Positions 13,433 through 26,668 are shown, counted from the first letter of the stretch. The stretch: 64,000 nt of DNA from Felis catus (GCF_018350175.1 NC_058368.1:168270001-168334000); one strand, 5' to 3'. The notes: generated by a model not told the origin, from the sequence alone. Made by a program: numbers and translations.

Positions 13433-14230
13433 TCCCTCACTTTTTGTTTACCTGAGAATATCTTAATGTTGACTTCATACTTAAAGAATAGTTTTGTCAA
13501 ATATCAAATTGTTTGATATTTTCTCTCTCAGAACTTACATCAGCACACTGCTTTCTGGTTCCAAGGTTTTGCATGAAAAATCAATTGTTAATCTTATTAA
13601 AGATCCCTTGTATGCTAAGAGACACTACTCTTGTTGCTGCTTTCAAGATTCTCTATTTGTCTGTGGCTTTTGACAATCATACTATCATGTGTCTCATTGT
13701 AGGCTTCTTTGAAATTAATCTGCCTGGAGTTCACTGAGTTTCTTGGATATACAGATTCATGTCTTTCACATCAAATTTGGTACATTTTAGTAATTATTTC
13801 TCCAAATATTCTTTCTCTTTCTCTCTCCCTTCTCCTTTTGGGACAATCATAATGCAAATGTTGTTCTCCTTAGTGATATCCCACAGGTCCTTCAGGCTCT
13901 ATTCACTTTTCCTCATTCTTTTTTTCTTTTTCTTCTCAGACACAATAATTTCCTTTGTTTCATCTCCAGGTTCACTCATTCTTTCCTGCCTACCCCTATC
14001 TGATGCTGCATCCCTCTAGAAAATATTTTAATATCAGTTATTGTACTTTTTAGCTCCAGAATTACAATTTAGTTCCTTTTGATAATTTCTAGATCTTTAT
14101 TACTATCTCAATTTTTCGATACATCATTTTCTAGAATTCTTTTAGTTTCTAAAACTTTTAGTTGTTTGTCCATACTTTCCACTAGCTCTTTGAGCATGTT
14201 TCCAAAAATTGATTTAAAATATTTGCCTAT

Positions 14231-14440
14231 GGGGCACCTGGGTGGCTCAGTTGGTTAAGCTTCTGATTCCAGCTCAGGTCATGATCTCTCATGGTTGTGA
14301 GATCCATTTGTGAGATCCTTTGCCAGGCTCTGGGCTGAGAATGGAGCCTGCTTAAGATTCTCTCTCTCCTTCTGCCCTTTTCCCCCACTCCCGTGCACTC
14401 TCTCTCTTTCTAAAAATTAAAAATATATGTATTTAAAAAA
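14231..14440 (+). mobile_element. Can-SINE
   Basis: ggggcacctgggtggctcag head, CT tract, A-rich tail. Confidence 0.88.
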
Positions 14441-16113
14441 GAGCCATGAAAATCTGAAGCAAACATCTAATCATAAATTTATAGGTTCCAAGATATCTTA
14501 CATTCTAGAGAAGTTGTAGAGGTTAGATAAATTCATGGTACTTGATTGGCATATTAACTCTTGTTCCTTAAAGGACTTTTTATTTTCCCTCTATTTCAAT
14601 CATAGTTATGATCTTATTCTTACCACAAACACCCTTAACAGTCTGCTCAACTATTCATATTATATCATGTTTAAAAATACAACAGATTTAGTCAACTTTA
14701 TAAATACACAGACCTCTATAAATGTCAACAGATTTCTATCACAAAAAAAATCATGCCATGTCAACAAAATTTATAATTTCCCGTTAAAGATTAATTTGTT
14801 CTAATACATATAAGAACTTCATTCCACTAGTGGGTGATCGTATATATAGCAGAAATGATCAGGACAGATATTAAAACAAATAACGGTGTTATTGCACAAT
14901 TTGCCTTTGCAGACAGAACAGTTTCCCTTATACATTTTAGCATTTTTAATACATAAATTAGATTGACACACCCAGTACTGCTTAAGACAGAATCTCCCCA
15001 AATTCCTTCTAATACTGAGCTTTCAATTAATTCATATGTAATGTTTAAATTTAGCGATCTTCTTCTAAGTTCATTTCAGATCAGATTTAAATCTAGGACT
15101 TTGCCAATATTCTGCCTTTACTGGGAAGTGTCAGAACTACACCCCACTTCTAAATTTAAACTTTAATCCTGACAAGTTCTTGAATGAAATTATTAATTAG
15201 CTCTTTCTTTCAAAAATGTCTGTCAAGAAAACCGTAGCTGGAGTGGGAAACGTCCAGGGCCTCTGCCCTCACAGAGCAGGCCCCCTTATTCAAAGTCTTT
15301 TGGAGTAGGAAAGTCAAAAGATGGAAGAGATTTTGGAGAATCTAAGCTTTAAACCCCAGTTCCACCACTTGCTAAACATTAGGCGAGTTAATTAATCTTT
15401 GTAACCTTTAATTTCTCCCTTTACAAAATGAGTTTAATACCAACTATTTCACAAAGTTACTTCAAGGGTTACATGTTAAAATACAGTAAGTACCTAGTAC
15501 AAAACTGGGAACATTACTAAATATTCACAATATTCACAAATCTAGAGCCTGGCACATAGAATCCATTCAATACTCACGAATGAATAATCCACTCTGAGAC
15601 AAAAAATTTTAAATGGCATTTCCAAAGGAAGTGCATCAAAGATAAAATATAGTATTTTAATCCAATTATTGTTCCAAATATGGGTAATGAGCAGCTTTTA
15701 CTTCATTCTACACTCCTTAATTTGGACTTTCATTTATGCTTTAAAATACGTATTTTAAAGCACATAAGCATATCATCTAGTAATATAAAAGGGGAATTAA
15801 AAGTCAATTTTTAAAACCTCATACTAACCCAAAATGCATACTATTGGAACCTAAAGCCAAATTTGGTATAAAATTTAACTAACAAAAAAATAAATAAAAC
15901 GGCTTGTCCCAGAAGTTCAGGCACTCACTACAAAACACACCAAAGTTATTTATCAATTTGACTGAACCAACCACTCATGGGTACAAAAAACAAGATGGCT
16001 TATTTTAGTCACTGAGCATTATTTTTAACATATAATAATGTGTTAAAGTGTAGCTTCAAGCAAACATTTTGAGTTAATCAGAGTAAAACCATTTTATAGA
16101 TGCTAATATTTAC

Positions 16114-16371
16114 CTGTTTGAGTCCTTCATCAGTAAGTTTGTCCTGGTTGCCTACATGAACTTTCTGAAGTAAAGGACAATGAGAGGCAACCGCAATAAT
16201 AGAAGTGTCAGAAAGCTGTTTACACCTGTAGGCTGTATACCTAAGAAGTCCAGGACACTTAAATGCTAGAACACATACGCCTGTATCAGACATACTGCGA
16301 CAATCAGAAATGTTGATTTCAATTATATTCTGACTTCTCGATGCAATTTTTTCCAATAATTCATCAGTGAC
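16114..16371 (-). CDS. FBXL17: FBXL17 coding exon 3 (86 codons, cysteine-containing LRRs: VTDELLEKIASRSQNIIEINISDC...KLTDEGLKQ)
   Basis: Acceptor ...ttttcctcctag|GTC, donor CAG|GTAAAT, 258 nt, phase 0-0; about 26-aa LRR periodicity typical of FBXL proteins. Confidence 0.96.
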
Positions 16372-16538
16372 CTAGGAGGAAAAAAAAGGAATAAGTTTAA
16401 ACTTTTGCTAAAAGTAGAAACTTACTTTCTATTCTTTTATTAAGTTTTCCCCCAATAAATAAGTAATAATTAGATTACAGCATGAAAACCACAATCAAAA
16501 GAAAACCTTCTTATTGAATATTAAAGCATAACAAGAAC

Positions 16539-17310
16539 TGTGGTATAGTATAAAATGCATACTTAGTCTTTGTTTCTAATTCCTAGAACAGAGCCTCCAC
16601 AACTCTTGGAATTTCCTGATTGATAGGAGTGTCCTTTGTTATTCATAACAAGCCCCTTTTGACCACACTTGAGTTTATACTAATGAAATGACTTAAACGG
16701 GGGCCCCTAGATGATACCTTTAGGATGAGGTCTGGTCACCAGAAAAACCATGTGATTAGAAAGTGGTAACTGTCAGCCTCAACCCCTGACTTCCTGGGAG
16801 GGTACAGGAGCTAGAGACTAGGTTAGAAAAACTTTCAACAATGAAAATTGAAGAGCTTCTAGGATGGTGAACACCTTAAGGAGCCAGGAGGGTGACAGGC
16901 CCACAGACTCTATGGAAGCTCCACATCTTCTCCACCCCCGTACTTTGTCCTAGGCATCTTTTCCATTTGGCCAGTCCTGAGTTGTATCCTTTACAATAAA
17001 CCAGTAAAAGTATTTTCCTGAGTTCTGTAAGTCATTTTAGCAAATTATCAAACCTGAGGAAAGACTAGAGGGAACTGTTGAAGTCACAGCTGGTCAGTGA
17101 GAACTACTGGTGACTCCTGGGACTCGTGAGGGGTGTATGAAGAGGGGACAGTCTTATAGGACTAAAGCCCATAATCGCTGAGGTCTGCATTAACCCCAGG
17201 AGTTGGTGTCAGAATTGCACTGAATTGTTAGATACCCAGTTATTATCAGAGAATTTTTTAGAATGAAAAAAACTCCACACATCTGGTGTCAGAAGTGGTA
17301 TGGAAAAACA
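16539..17310 (+). mobile_element. Solo LTR, MER21-like (ERVL)
   Basis: Starts TGTGGTAT; recalled MER21 blocks (cttggaatttcctga..gataggagtgtc, gagtttatactaatga, catgtgattaga, caataaacc, ggtgtcagaagt). Confidence 0.75.
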
Positions 17311-17579
17311 CCAAGCAAAAATATATGTGTTAATTTTCGTTGAAAGCCTAAGATCTATCCTTATCAGGAAAGTTACTTTAACTTTCAAAGTTAAACTTTG
17401 AAAAAGTTTGAATACACAAAATTATACTGAGATTTTAATTGCTTTGTTTTCTATTTTTAACCCAGCAAACAGTGTGTATCAGTCATCACATTATATGAAT
17501 TGTAACTTATTATACCTAGTATTAGATGATCCCTACCACAAAATATAAATTTTAATTGTTTTACTACTTTTTTATTTAA

Positions 17580-18023
17580 AATTTATTTTTTATTTTTTTA
17601 ATATACATTTATTTTTGAAAGAGAGAGAGAGAAAGAGACACACAGAGTACAAGTGGGGAAAGGGCAGAGAGAGAGGAAGACAGACTCTGAAATAGGCTCC
17701 AGGCTCTGAGCTGTTATCATAGGGACTGATGTGGGACTCGAACTTGGGAATGGCGAGATCATGACCTGAGCTGAAGTCACCACTTAACCAACTGAGACAC
17801 CCAGGTGCCCCTTTAAAAAAAAAAAAATTAACGTTTATTTATTTTTGAGACACAATGAGAGACATAGCATGAGTGAGGGAGGGGCAGAGAGAGAGGTAGA
17901 CATAGAATCTGAAGAAGGCTCCAGGCTGTGAGTATCAGCACAGAGCCTAACACAGGGCTCGAACTCACAGATGTAGAATCATGACGTGAGCTGATGTAGG
18001 ACACCAAGCCAAACAGGTGTCCC
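17580..18023 (-). mobile_element. Two tandem Can-SINEs
   Basis: Two poly-T/(GA)n/reverse-head units ending near 17812 and 18023. Confidence 0.88.
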
Positions 18024-18051
18024 TTTACTACTTCTATCAGAATACTACCTC

Positions 18052-18089
<38 letters not shown>
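18052..18089. repeat. (TA)n microsatellite
   Basis: TA run with one CA interruption. Confidence 0.9.
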
Positions 18090-18180
18090 TATAAAATACA
18101 TCATTTTGTTTATGAACACATCCAAGATTACATACAAATGTCCATATCAAATACCTTTTATCAAAAAAACCCTCAAAGCT

Positions 18181-18395
18181 AGAGGTGCTTTAAGTGTCCA
18201 ACTCAGCTCAGATCATAATCTCAGGGTTCATGGGTTCGGGCCCCACATCAGGCTCTGTGTTGACAGCTCAGACTGGAACCTGCTTCATTCTGTGTCTCCC
18301 TCTCTCTCTGCCCCTCCCCTGCTCGCACTCTGTCTCTTTCAAAAAAATAAATTAAAAAATGTTAAACAAAATTTTGTTTTAATTTATATAAAAAA
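18181..18395 (+). mobile_element. Can-SINE (head partly deleted)
   Basis: SINE body, CT tract and A tail; flanking repeat cctcaaagcta. Confidence 0.85.
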
Positions 18396-18514
18396 AAATA
18401 CCTCAAAGCTAAGTATGAGTAACCTTAGAATTCATGTGGTAAAAAACTCACATGGCCGTCTGAATTTTAAACATAATTTTTAAAAAATCAACCTGTACAT
18501 ATTCTATACCCAAT

Positions 18515-18712
18515 CATGGAATAAGTCACAGGGATGAAAGGTACAGCATAGGGAGTATAGTGAATGGTGTGGTAATAGCCTTGTACAGTGAGAGATGGCA
18601 GCTACACTTGGGATGAGCACAGCATTACGTATAGAGTTGTCAAATCACTATGCTGTACACCTGTAAAAGTATACTTCAATAAAAAATAAGTAAGTAAACA
18701 TAAATAAAAAAG
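18515..18712 (+). mobile_element. Short L1 3' UTR fragment
   Basis: ataagtcacagggatgaaaggtacagcataggga...aatcactatgctgtacacctg followed by an A-rich tail. Confidence 0.7.
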
Positions 18713-19274
18713 AAAAAGAGGGTTAATATTATTCAAGTCCCCTGAGTACAAATAATGGTCAAAGAAGATGCACATGACGAAATTTAGAACAGAAGTAAAG
18801 AACTGTAGTGCTGAGGAGCACTAAAAGTAAGAGACAAGGCTGAAACTACCTTTATGCTCCCTGGAAAAAGCATAAATACAGACAGTTACCTTCAAAGTTA
18901 AAACCTGGACATAGGTCTCCTTTTATCTTTTCTTCTTTTTTCATCTCCAGACATAACTACCAATAGAAGGGTAAAGCTATTCTTAGCCTGAGTTTGTAAC
19001 AAACAGCTCAGATATCCAAGAGTACTAAAGAGCCAATGGATTATTTCACATTACTTCTTTCCACTCTACCAGCCACAATAACTAAATACTCACTATTCTC
19101 CCTGGACACAAATTTCATGGACCCAGGCAGGGAAATGACTAATTCTGTAATTATTTCAGCTTCTAACCAATGAGGCAGAAAAACAAAAAGAAAACTTACA
19201 CATAAATGTCCAGGATTTGCTTATTTTGTTTAAAGTGAACGAGTGATACACACACACAACCCCCACGTAAACTA

Positions 19275-19500
19275 CTAGTGGTATGCTGCATGCAGTTGGC
19301 TTGTACCAACTCACAAAAGCCTGCAATGTGTATCTCTTTCCAAATCAGGGACATCACCGCATTCAGTGATATTACATCCATAGCCTGAAATAGGCCATGG
19401 TGGGAGCATTTGCACCACAAAAACTAGCAAATATTACAAATCACAGCTTTCTATTTGTTTGTTTTTGAAAGGAGTTGTTAAACATGTGGCAGCACACCAG
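19275..19500. mobile_element. MER63-like hAT-Blackjack DNA transposon remnant
   Basis: Degenerate terminal inverted repeats ctagtggtatgctg ... cagcacaccagt. Confidence 0.6.
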
Positions 19501-19848
19501 TACCTAACAGTATCATGGATTTAGAACAGGTTCAGTACTCCAATAAAATCCTATTCTTATTGAATATTTTTATGCATTTCAATGCCAAGTTCTAACAATC
19601 AAGTCCAAAAGAAGTTCTAACAATCAAGTCCAAGTCCAAAAGAAAAAACAAGTCCAACAAATTGTATGCAATAAGCACTATTAACTCCACCTTTTTTCCT
19701 AACTTATGCCACCATATGAACACATTGGGCAGCCAGGCAATAGGGAAGATTAGAAAATTAATCAAAAGGAAAATAAAAACAAGATATCTTAGCCCATTTT
19801 GCTTCTATTTATTCATCTGTAACAGTAGTGCGAGAATGCTTAAACTAT

Positions 19849-20099
19849 TGGGGCACCTGGGTGGCTCAGTCAGTTAAGTGTCTGACTCTGTTTCAGCTCA
19901 GGTCATGATCTCACGGTTCATAGGATTGAGCCCCACATTGAGCTCTGCACTGACAGTGCAGAGCCTGCTTGGGATTCTCTCTCTTCCTCGCTCTCTGCCC
20001 CTCCCCCGATCTTTCTCTCTCTCTCTCACACACACACACACTCTCACTCTCTCACTCAAAATAAACTAAAATCCTTTAACAAAAAAATTTAAAAAAAAT
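19849..20099 (+). mobile_element. Can-SINE (inserted in a MIR)
   Basis: Head, (CT)n(CA)n tract, A tail; MIR-like sequence on both sides. Confidence 0.88.
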
Positions 20100-20631
20100 A
20101 GTTATACTATTCACCTATAACAACAGTGTAAAGATACTATAATTAATAGTATAATAATAACACATTAAAAGGTATAATAATAGTATCAACTCAAAACGTT
20201 GTTAGAAGATTCAAATGCTTTAGTATGTGTAAAGCCCAGAGAACAGTAAATGGCATATCAGCAGTACTATATAAACATATGCCATTATGTTCTACTACTA
20301 AACTAAAATTCATGATATAATTCCTACAAAAAGGGGGGGAAAGCTTAATAACTTTCTTTAAATGTAATGAAAAAAGGGAGAAGACAAAGAGGACTTAGAC
20401 AAAAGGATTAAGAAGCAACCCAAAATTACCAATCCACATTAAATATCTTCTTCACCACAAGAACCTAGCTATAACATAAATTCACACAAAAAAATTACTG
20501 AAGCATAGAATTATAAGTTACAGTCATTCGAACTATCTTGAAAAACTCCAACATGAAAGAAATAATTTCTGAAGAGAAATAAAGATATTTGTTGAGTAGG
20601 CTAAGGTGTTTCTTAGAATTAGATTCCATAC

Positions 20632-20754
20632 CTGCTGACGACTACTAAGATCCAGCTGCTTCCAAAACTGGAAATCTAAACAAAGGTCACGCCAGTACTT
20701 GCAAACCAACGAGGCAGAAAGGCAACGCTCATCCAGGGATAAATTGGAAAATAT
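20632..20754 (-). CDS. FBXL17: FBXL17 coding exon 2 (41 codons, F-box body: IFSNLSLDERCLSASLVCKYWRDLCLDFQFWKQLDLSSRQQ)
   Basis: Acceptor ...tttttatttacag|ATA, donor CAG|GTATGG, 123 nt, phase 0-0; F-box signature SLVCKYWRDL. Confidence 0.96.
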
Positions 20755-21494
20755 CTGTAAATAAAAAAGGAACCATATAATATGTGCCAAATACTTCAAA
20801 AGCACAGGAACAGGTTTTTGTTAATTAGAAAAAATTAACTTTTAAAACAGAAAACCATCTTGAATACAAGTGGCCATTATTAGAAAAGTCATCATTAGGG
20901 ACAGCCCTAAAGAGGGTATGAGAGTTAAGAATGTGTGTTAACATTACCTTCTATGTAAAAAGAGTGGGTGTGAGAGCAGGGGGATTTCTCTCTAGAGAGA
21001 GAAAATGTGTGTTTGCCAGTATTAAAATTTTTACAATTAAGGTATGTATCAATAAATACAATGTGTGGACCATATTGGGATCCTCAACTGAACCAACTAT
21101 AAGAAGGTTCTTCTGAGACAATCAGATAAAACTGAACACAAGATATTAGAAATCAGAAAATTATTATTCACTTTTTAAGCTTTGATTATATTGTAGTTAT
21201 ATTCATACTGTGGTTACGTTTTATAAAAGTATTATGCATTTTAGATATATACTTCAGTGTTTATAAATAAAATGATATCTAGAATTTGCTTTCAGGTACC
21301 TTATCAAAAACAAAAAAAAGTTGGTGAAAAATAAAACAAGAAAGGCAGAATACTGAAAACTAATAAAACTGGTTGAAGATACATGGTGGAGGGCAGGTTC
21401 ATTACAGTATTTTCTACTTTGGTTTGTATATGATAATTTCCATAACACTAAGTAAAAATTTTAACCAGAACATGTGCTCTAACACTAAATTGTC

Positions 21495-21910
21495 TTATGC
21501 TGGGTTTAAATCATGGCTCCACCATTTATTATCTATGCAATTTGGACAAATTACTTACTCTCTCTGTACCTCAATTCATCTTTAAAATGGGGATAATAGG
21601 GATTGCCTGGGTGGCTGACCTCATCTCAGGTCATGATCTCACCATTCATGATTCTGAGCCCCACATTGGGCTCTCCGCTGTCAGCATGGAGCCCACTTCA
21701 GATCCTCTGTCCCCCTCTCTTCTGCCCCTCCCCTGCTCTCATTCTCTCTCAAAAATAAACATTAAAAATAATAACAATGATAAATAAAATAAAATGGGGA
21801 TAATATTGACCTGATAGTTATTGTGAGGACTAAAGGAGTTTAAAGTTTTGGAAACAGTATCTGGAACAGAGTAAATAGTATATAAATGATTCCTATCATT
21901 ATTATTACCT
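21495..21910 (+). mobile_element. MIR interrupted by a Can-SINE (about 21599-21790)
   Basis: MIR core ...taaaatggggataata is duplicated as a TSD around the SINE. Confidence 0.8.
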
Positions 21911-22185
21911 AAAGTGGTAAGCCTCTGGGCAGGCAAAAGTTGTAGACATCTCAGCTAGAATTTCTACTATATTTAAATCTTAAGCCTGGGGAAAATAACT
22001 ACCTTCTCTTCACAACTACCATTCTTTTTCCAAGGGTCTACTGAGAAATAAAAAATATGTGTAAGAATCACCAGCAAAGATGACATTAAACCCACTACAG
22101 TCTCTCACTCCCACTCATGACAACTAAAACCTATGGACAACATACTAAAAGCAATTAACTCAGGACTCCAAAAGGTTAGTAAATA

Positions 22186-22545
22186 GGGGCACCTGGCTGG
22201 CTCAGTCAGTAGAGCTCACAACTCTTGATCTTGGGGGTTGTGAGCTTGAACCCCACAGGAGGCATAGAGATTACTTAAAAATAAAATCTTTTTAAAAAGT
22301 TTTTAAACATTAAAAATAAATAAAAGGTTGGGTGCCTGGATGGCTCAGATGGTTAAGCATCTGACTTTTGATTTCAGCTGGGTCATGATATCACAGGGAG
22401 ACTGGGCCCTGAATCCAACTCTGCACTGATATCACAGAGACTGCTTGGAATTCTCTCCCCCTCTCTCTGCCCCTCCCCCATGCTCTCTCAGTAAACATTA
22501 AACTCAAACTCATGCTCTCAAAATAAACATCAAACAAATAAATAA
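22186..22545 (+). mobile_element. Two tandem Can-SINEs
   Basis: Heads near 22186 and 22330, each with an A-rich tail. Confidence 0.85.
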
Positions 22546-23071
22546 ATGTTAGTAACAGATGGATTGGGGAAGTGAGCCAAAACTTAAAGAATAGTCAGTA
22601 ATAGGAATGAGTTTCCTGAGTTTTTTTGTTTTTTCTCCCATCATGGAATAGGATGGCCCCTGTGAAGAACTGTACATAAGACACAACTAAACTACAGAGA
22701 TAAAACCATCTTTCTGGACAGAATGTGAGACAGAAAATGTGAGAACCTTCATTTTGGGTTTTCTTTCCTTTCCCTTTTCTTTTCTCTCTCTGTTGGCCAT
22801 GTCCCAATACAGCCTAAGTCACAGAGCTGCAATGTGGCAGCTGTGTAGACACCTAAAACTCTGAAAGTAAAACCATTTTTCTGGCCAGTAGAACCAGCAA
22901 AGAGAACTCTGTGGACTAAAGAGTGTGCAAGGAATCCTCACTACCTTTTTTGCCACAAGGCAATGGGATGACATATTTAAAGTGCTGAAAGGAAAACTGT
23001 TAAGCAAGAACTCTGTATATCTGGCAATACTATTCTTCAAAAATAATGGAGAAGTTAAAATATTCCCAGAT

Positions 23072-23278
23072 GGGCACCTGGGTGGCTCAGCAACTGCCTT
23101 CGGCTCAGGTCATGATCTGATAGTTCATGGGTTCGAGCCCCGCATCAGGCTCTGTGCTGACAGCTCAGAGCCTGGAGCCTGCTTCAGGTTTTGTGTCTCC
23201 CTCTGTCTCTGCCCCTTCCCTGCTCATTCTCTTGTCTGTGTCTCTCAAAAATAAATGTTTAAAAAAATATATTAAAAA
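23072..23278 (+). mobile_element. Can-SINE
   Basis: SINE body; TSD aaatatt(c/t)ccagat. Confidence 0.88.
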
Positions 23279-23423
23279 CAAATATTTCCAGATAAATAAA
23301 AACTGAGGGAGTATGTCACTAGTAAACCTGAGTGTAAGAAATGCTAGAGGGAGCTCTTCAGACTTAAATGAAAGCGCATAAGCCAGCAGCTTGAAATCAC
23401 ATGCAGAAATAAAAAACAACAGT

Positions 23424-23647
23424 GGGGCGCCTGGATGGCTCAGTCGGTTGGGCGGTTGGGCGTCTGACTTCGGCTCAGGTCACGATCTCGCGGTCCGGGA
23501 GTTCGAGCCCCGCGTCAGGCTCTGTGCTGACAGCTCAGAGCCTGGAGCCTGTTTCAGATTCTGTGTCTCCCTCTCTCTCTGACCTTCCCCCCATTCATGC
23601 TCTGTCTCTGTCTCAAAAATGAATAAACGTTAAAAAAAAAAAAAAAA
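23424..23647 (+). mobile_element. Young Can-SINE
   Basis: CpG-rich head, long pure A tail, TSD aacagt. Confidence 0.92.
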
Positions 23648-23750
23648 CAGTAAAGATAGGTGTTTATGTAGGTAAATATAAAATTTATAACTAATGTATT
23701 TTGGACTTGTACCCCTTTTATTTTGTACATGATTGAGAAGAAAACTACAA

Positions 23751-23875
23751 GGGCGCCTGGGTGGCTCAGTCGGGTAAGCATTCCACTTTGGCTCAGGTCA
23801 CGATCTCCTGGTTCATGAGCTCGAGCCTCACTTCGGGATTCTCTCTCTCTCTGCGCCTCATGGGTAGTGTCTCTG

Positions 23876-23925
<50 letters not shown>

Positions 23926-23990
23926 CCCCCCTCTGCCCCTCCCTCACTCACTCACTCTCTCTCTCAAAAATAAAAAAATAAAAAATTAAA
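23751..23990 (+). mobile_element. Can-SINE with an expanded (GTCTCT)n/(CT)n tract
   Basis: gggcgcctgggtggctcag head; compound microsatellite; A tail. Confidence 0.88.
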
Positions 23991-24141
23991 AATATGTAAA
24001 ATAATAATTATAAATCTATGTTGCTGGGCACAAAACACATAAAAATATATGACAGGAAGTACATAAATATAGAAACAAAGTTTTTATATATCATTGAAAC
24101 CATGGTATTTATATTTGTAGGTTAAGTGTCTAACAATAAGA

Positions 24142-24602
24142 TTTTTTTTTCAAATTTGTATTTAAATTCTAGTCAGTTAACATACAGTGTAATATGGTTT
24201 CAGAAATAGAATTTAATGATTCATCACTTACATATAATACCCAGTGCTCAATACAAGAGCCCTCCTTAACGCCCATCACCCATTTAGTCCATCCCCCACC
24301 AAGTTCCATCAACCCTCAGTTTGTTCTCTATAGTTAACAGTCTTTTATCGTTTCTCTCTCTTCTCCCCCTTCTCATAAGTTCATGTTTTGTTTGTTAAAT
24401 TCCACATGAGTGAAATCCTATGATATTTGTCTTCCTTTGACTTATTTCACTTAGCATAATATACTCCAGCTCCATACATTGTTGCAAATGGCAAGATTTC
24501 ATTCTTTTTGATGGCTCAGTAATAATCCATTGTGTATATATACCACATCTTCTTTATCCATTCATCAGTCAGTGGACATTTGGGCTCTTTCCATAGTTTG
24601 GT
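24142..24602 (-). mobile_element. Carnivore L1 3' fragment
   Basis: Same family as the element at 10693; poly-T; TSD aca(a/g)taagatttttt. Confidence 0.85.
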
Positions 24603-24621
24603 GACAGTAAGATTTTTTCAT

Positions 24622-25147
24622 TGTAGTGGGTCTAACATTAAGCTTTTGATCGCCATGATATCCATTTCAAAAAACATTTATCTTGAATAAACATATTGCC
24701 AGCTGTATGACACAGCTACTAGAAAAACCACCACATAAGCAATGAGGCTGCCCCATCTGTAAAGTTCTGTCAGAAAACCCCAGGTAACCTAAATAACTGA
24801 CTACATGAGTGACCCTATTTTCTCCTTTCTCAGGCCCTAATTCCTGCCTTTCTGCTTTAAATTAGCCAATAGAGTGAATGAGCAAAACCCTAGACACTCC
24901 ACAACTGGACCCTAATAAAGGCTGAGCCCCAAGTCTGCTTTCTCTTTCTCTCTGCTCTCAACCTGGCTACATGGTCCTTGGCATGCTATATATATCATAA
25001 TAAGAACCAGCAGAGCTGGCCCAGCAATAAACGAGGGCCCTGGTTGGTGAAATGTCTGTGGAGCATGCCATGAGTAATGTGTGCCTGAGAGAACACTGCA
25101 GGCATTTCTGACATAATGTACTACCATAGACAGGCTCAAGACCAACA
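24622..25147 (+). mobile_element. Probable solo LTR
   Basis: TGT...ACA ends, CCAAT and AATAAA motifs, interrupts L1 sequence; family not identified. Confidence 0.5.
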
Positions 25148-25434
25148 AAACAGTATTAATTCAAACTAGGTTGTTATAAATTATATCCACCAGAGCAAAT
25201 ATTAAGGAACTAACTAAATATACATACATAGAAGAAAAGAGAAGGGAATCAAAATAGTACACTTAAAATATTTCATAAAAAGGGCAATGGAGAAATTGAT
25301 GAACAAAAAGTATAAGACAGAAAACAAGAAAAATGCAGAAATCTTTCCTTATCAGTAATTACATCAAATATAAAAACATTAAGCTCTCCAATTCAGAAAC
25401 AGAGAATGAAAGAATGGAACATAAAGATGATCAA

Positions 25435-25650
25435 GGGGTGCCCAGGTGGCTAAGTTGGTTGAACATCCGACTTCAACTCAGGTCATGATCTCACCATTCA
25501 TGGGTTTGAGTCCCATTTTGTGCTCTGTGCTAACAGCTCAGAGCCTGGACCTGCTTCAGATTCTGTGTCTCATTCTCTCTGTCCCTCCCCTGTTTCCCTG
25601 TGTTTCTATCTCAAAAATAAACATTAAAATATTAAAGAATAATAATAACA
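25435..25650 (+). mobile_element. Can-SINE
   Basis: SINE body and A-rich tail; TSD ataaaga(t/c)gat. Confidence 0.87.
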
Positions 25651-26359
25651 ATAAAGACGATAAAATTACATACTGTCTATAAGACACTGACTTTAGACCC
25701 CAGGACATAAATGGATTAAAAAGATGGAAAAACGTATTCTATTCAAATAGTAACCAAAAGAGAACTGCAGTGTCCCCATTAATGTCAGACAAAATAGACT
25801 TTAAGACAAAAATTGTTACGAGACCAAAAAAATTTACAGAATGATAAAAGGTTAATCCACTAAAACGATATAACAATTAAATATGTACATGTAACAGAAG
25901 TCCAAAATAGATCAATCAAAAACTGATTGAAGAGTTGAAGGGAAAAATAAATAGTTCTACAAGAGAAACACCAAGCCCCCATTTTAATAACAGATAAAAC
26001 AACCAGACACAAGATAAATGAGGAAACTGAAAATGTTAACGCTTAAACCAACTAGGCCTAACAGATATATTTATACAGCACTCCACCCAACAACAGCAGA
26101 ATACACTTTCTTCTCAAGTGCACATAGATAAGCCATATGTTAGCCACAAATCAAATCTCAATAAATTTTAAAAGACTGAAATTACACAAATATCTTTTCT
26201 GACCACAACGGAATGACATTAGAAGTTAGTAACAAAAGGAAATATAGAAATATGTGGAAATTAAACAACACATTTGAAAACAATTTAAAAAAATCACACG
26301 GAAAAGTAAAAAGTACTTTAAGATCAATGAAAACAAAAACACAATATCCCAAAATTTAT

Positions 26360-26668
26360 TATTTCTTAGATTTTTTTTAACGTTTACTTATTTTGAGAGA
26401 GACAGAGAGCATATAGGGGAAAGGCAGAGAGAAAGAAAGAGAGAGAATCCAAACAGGCTCCACACTCGACGTGGGACTCGATCTCACGAACTACAAGATC
26501 ACAACCTCAGCCGGAATCAAGAGTTGGACACTCACCCTAATGAGCTACTCAGGCACCCCTAAAGATTTTACTTTTAAGTAATCTCTCCCACCCAACATAG
26601 GACTGGAACTTACAACCCTGAGATGAAGAGGTTCATGCTCTATCGACTGAGCCAGCCATGTGCTCCCA
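26360..26668 (-). mobile_element. Two tandem Can-SINEs
   Basis: Reverse heads ending near 26559 and 26668; outer TSD aa(t/c)atccca(a/c)aatttat. Confidence 0.83.

Larger units (their letters stand above)
5660..14220 (-). mobile_element. Long degenerate L1 (L1MA/MB-like; 3' UTR, ORF2 and ORF1 remnants), interrupted by younger elements
   Basis: Minus-strand ORF2 remnants ([52 protein letters not shown]) in the correct order; many stops and frameshifts. Confidence 0.88.

Noticed and set aside
16078..16356. 92-aa ORF with TTG start as a stand-alone gene
   Set aside because: It is exon 3 with intron read-through; the splice sites define 16371-16114.
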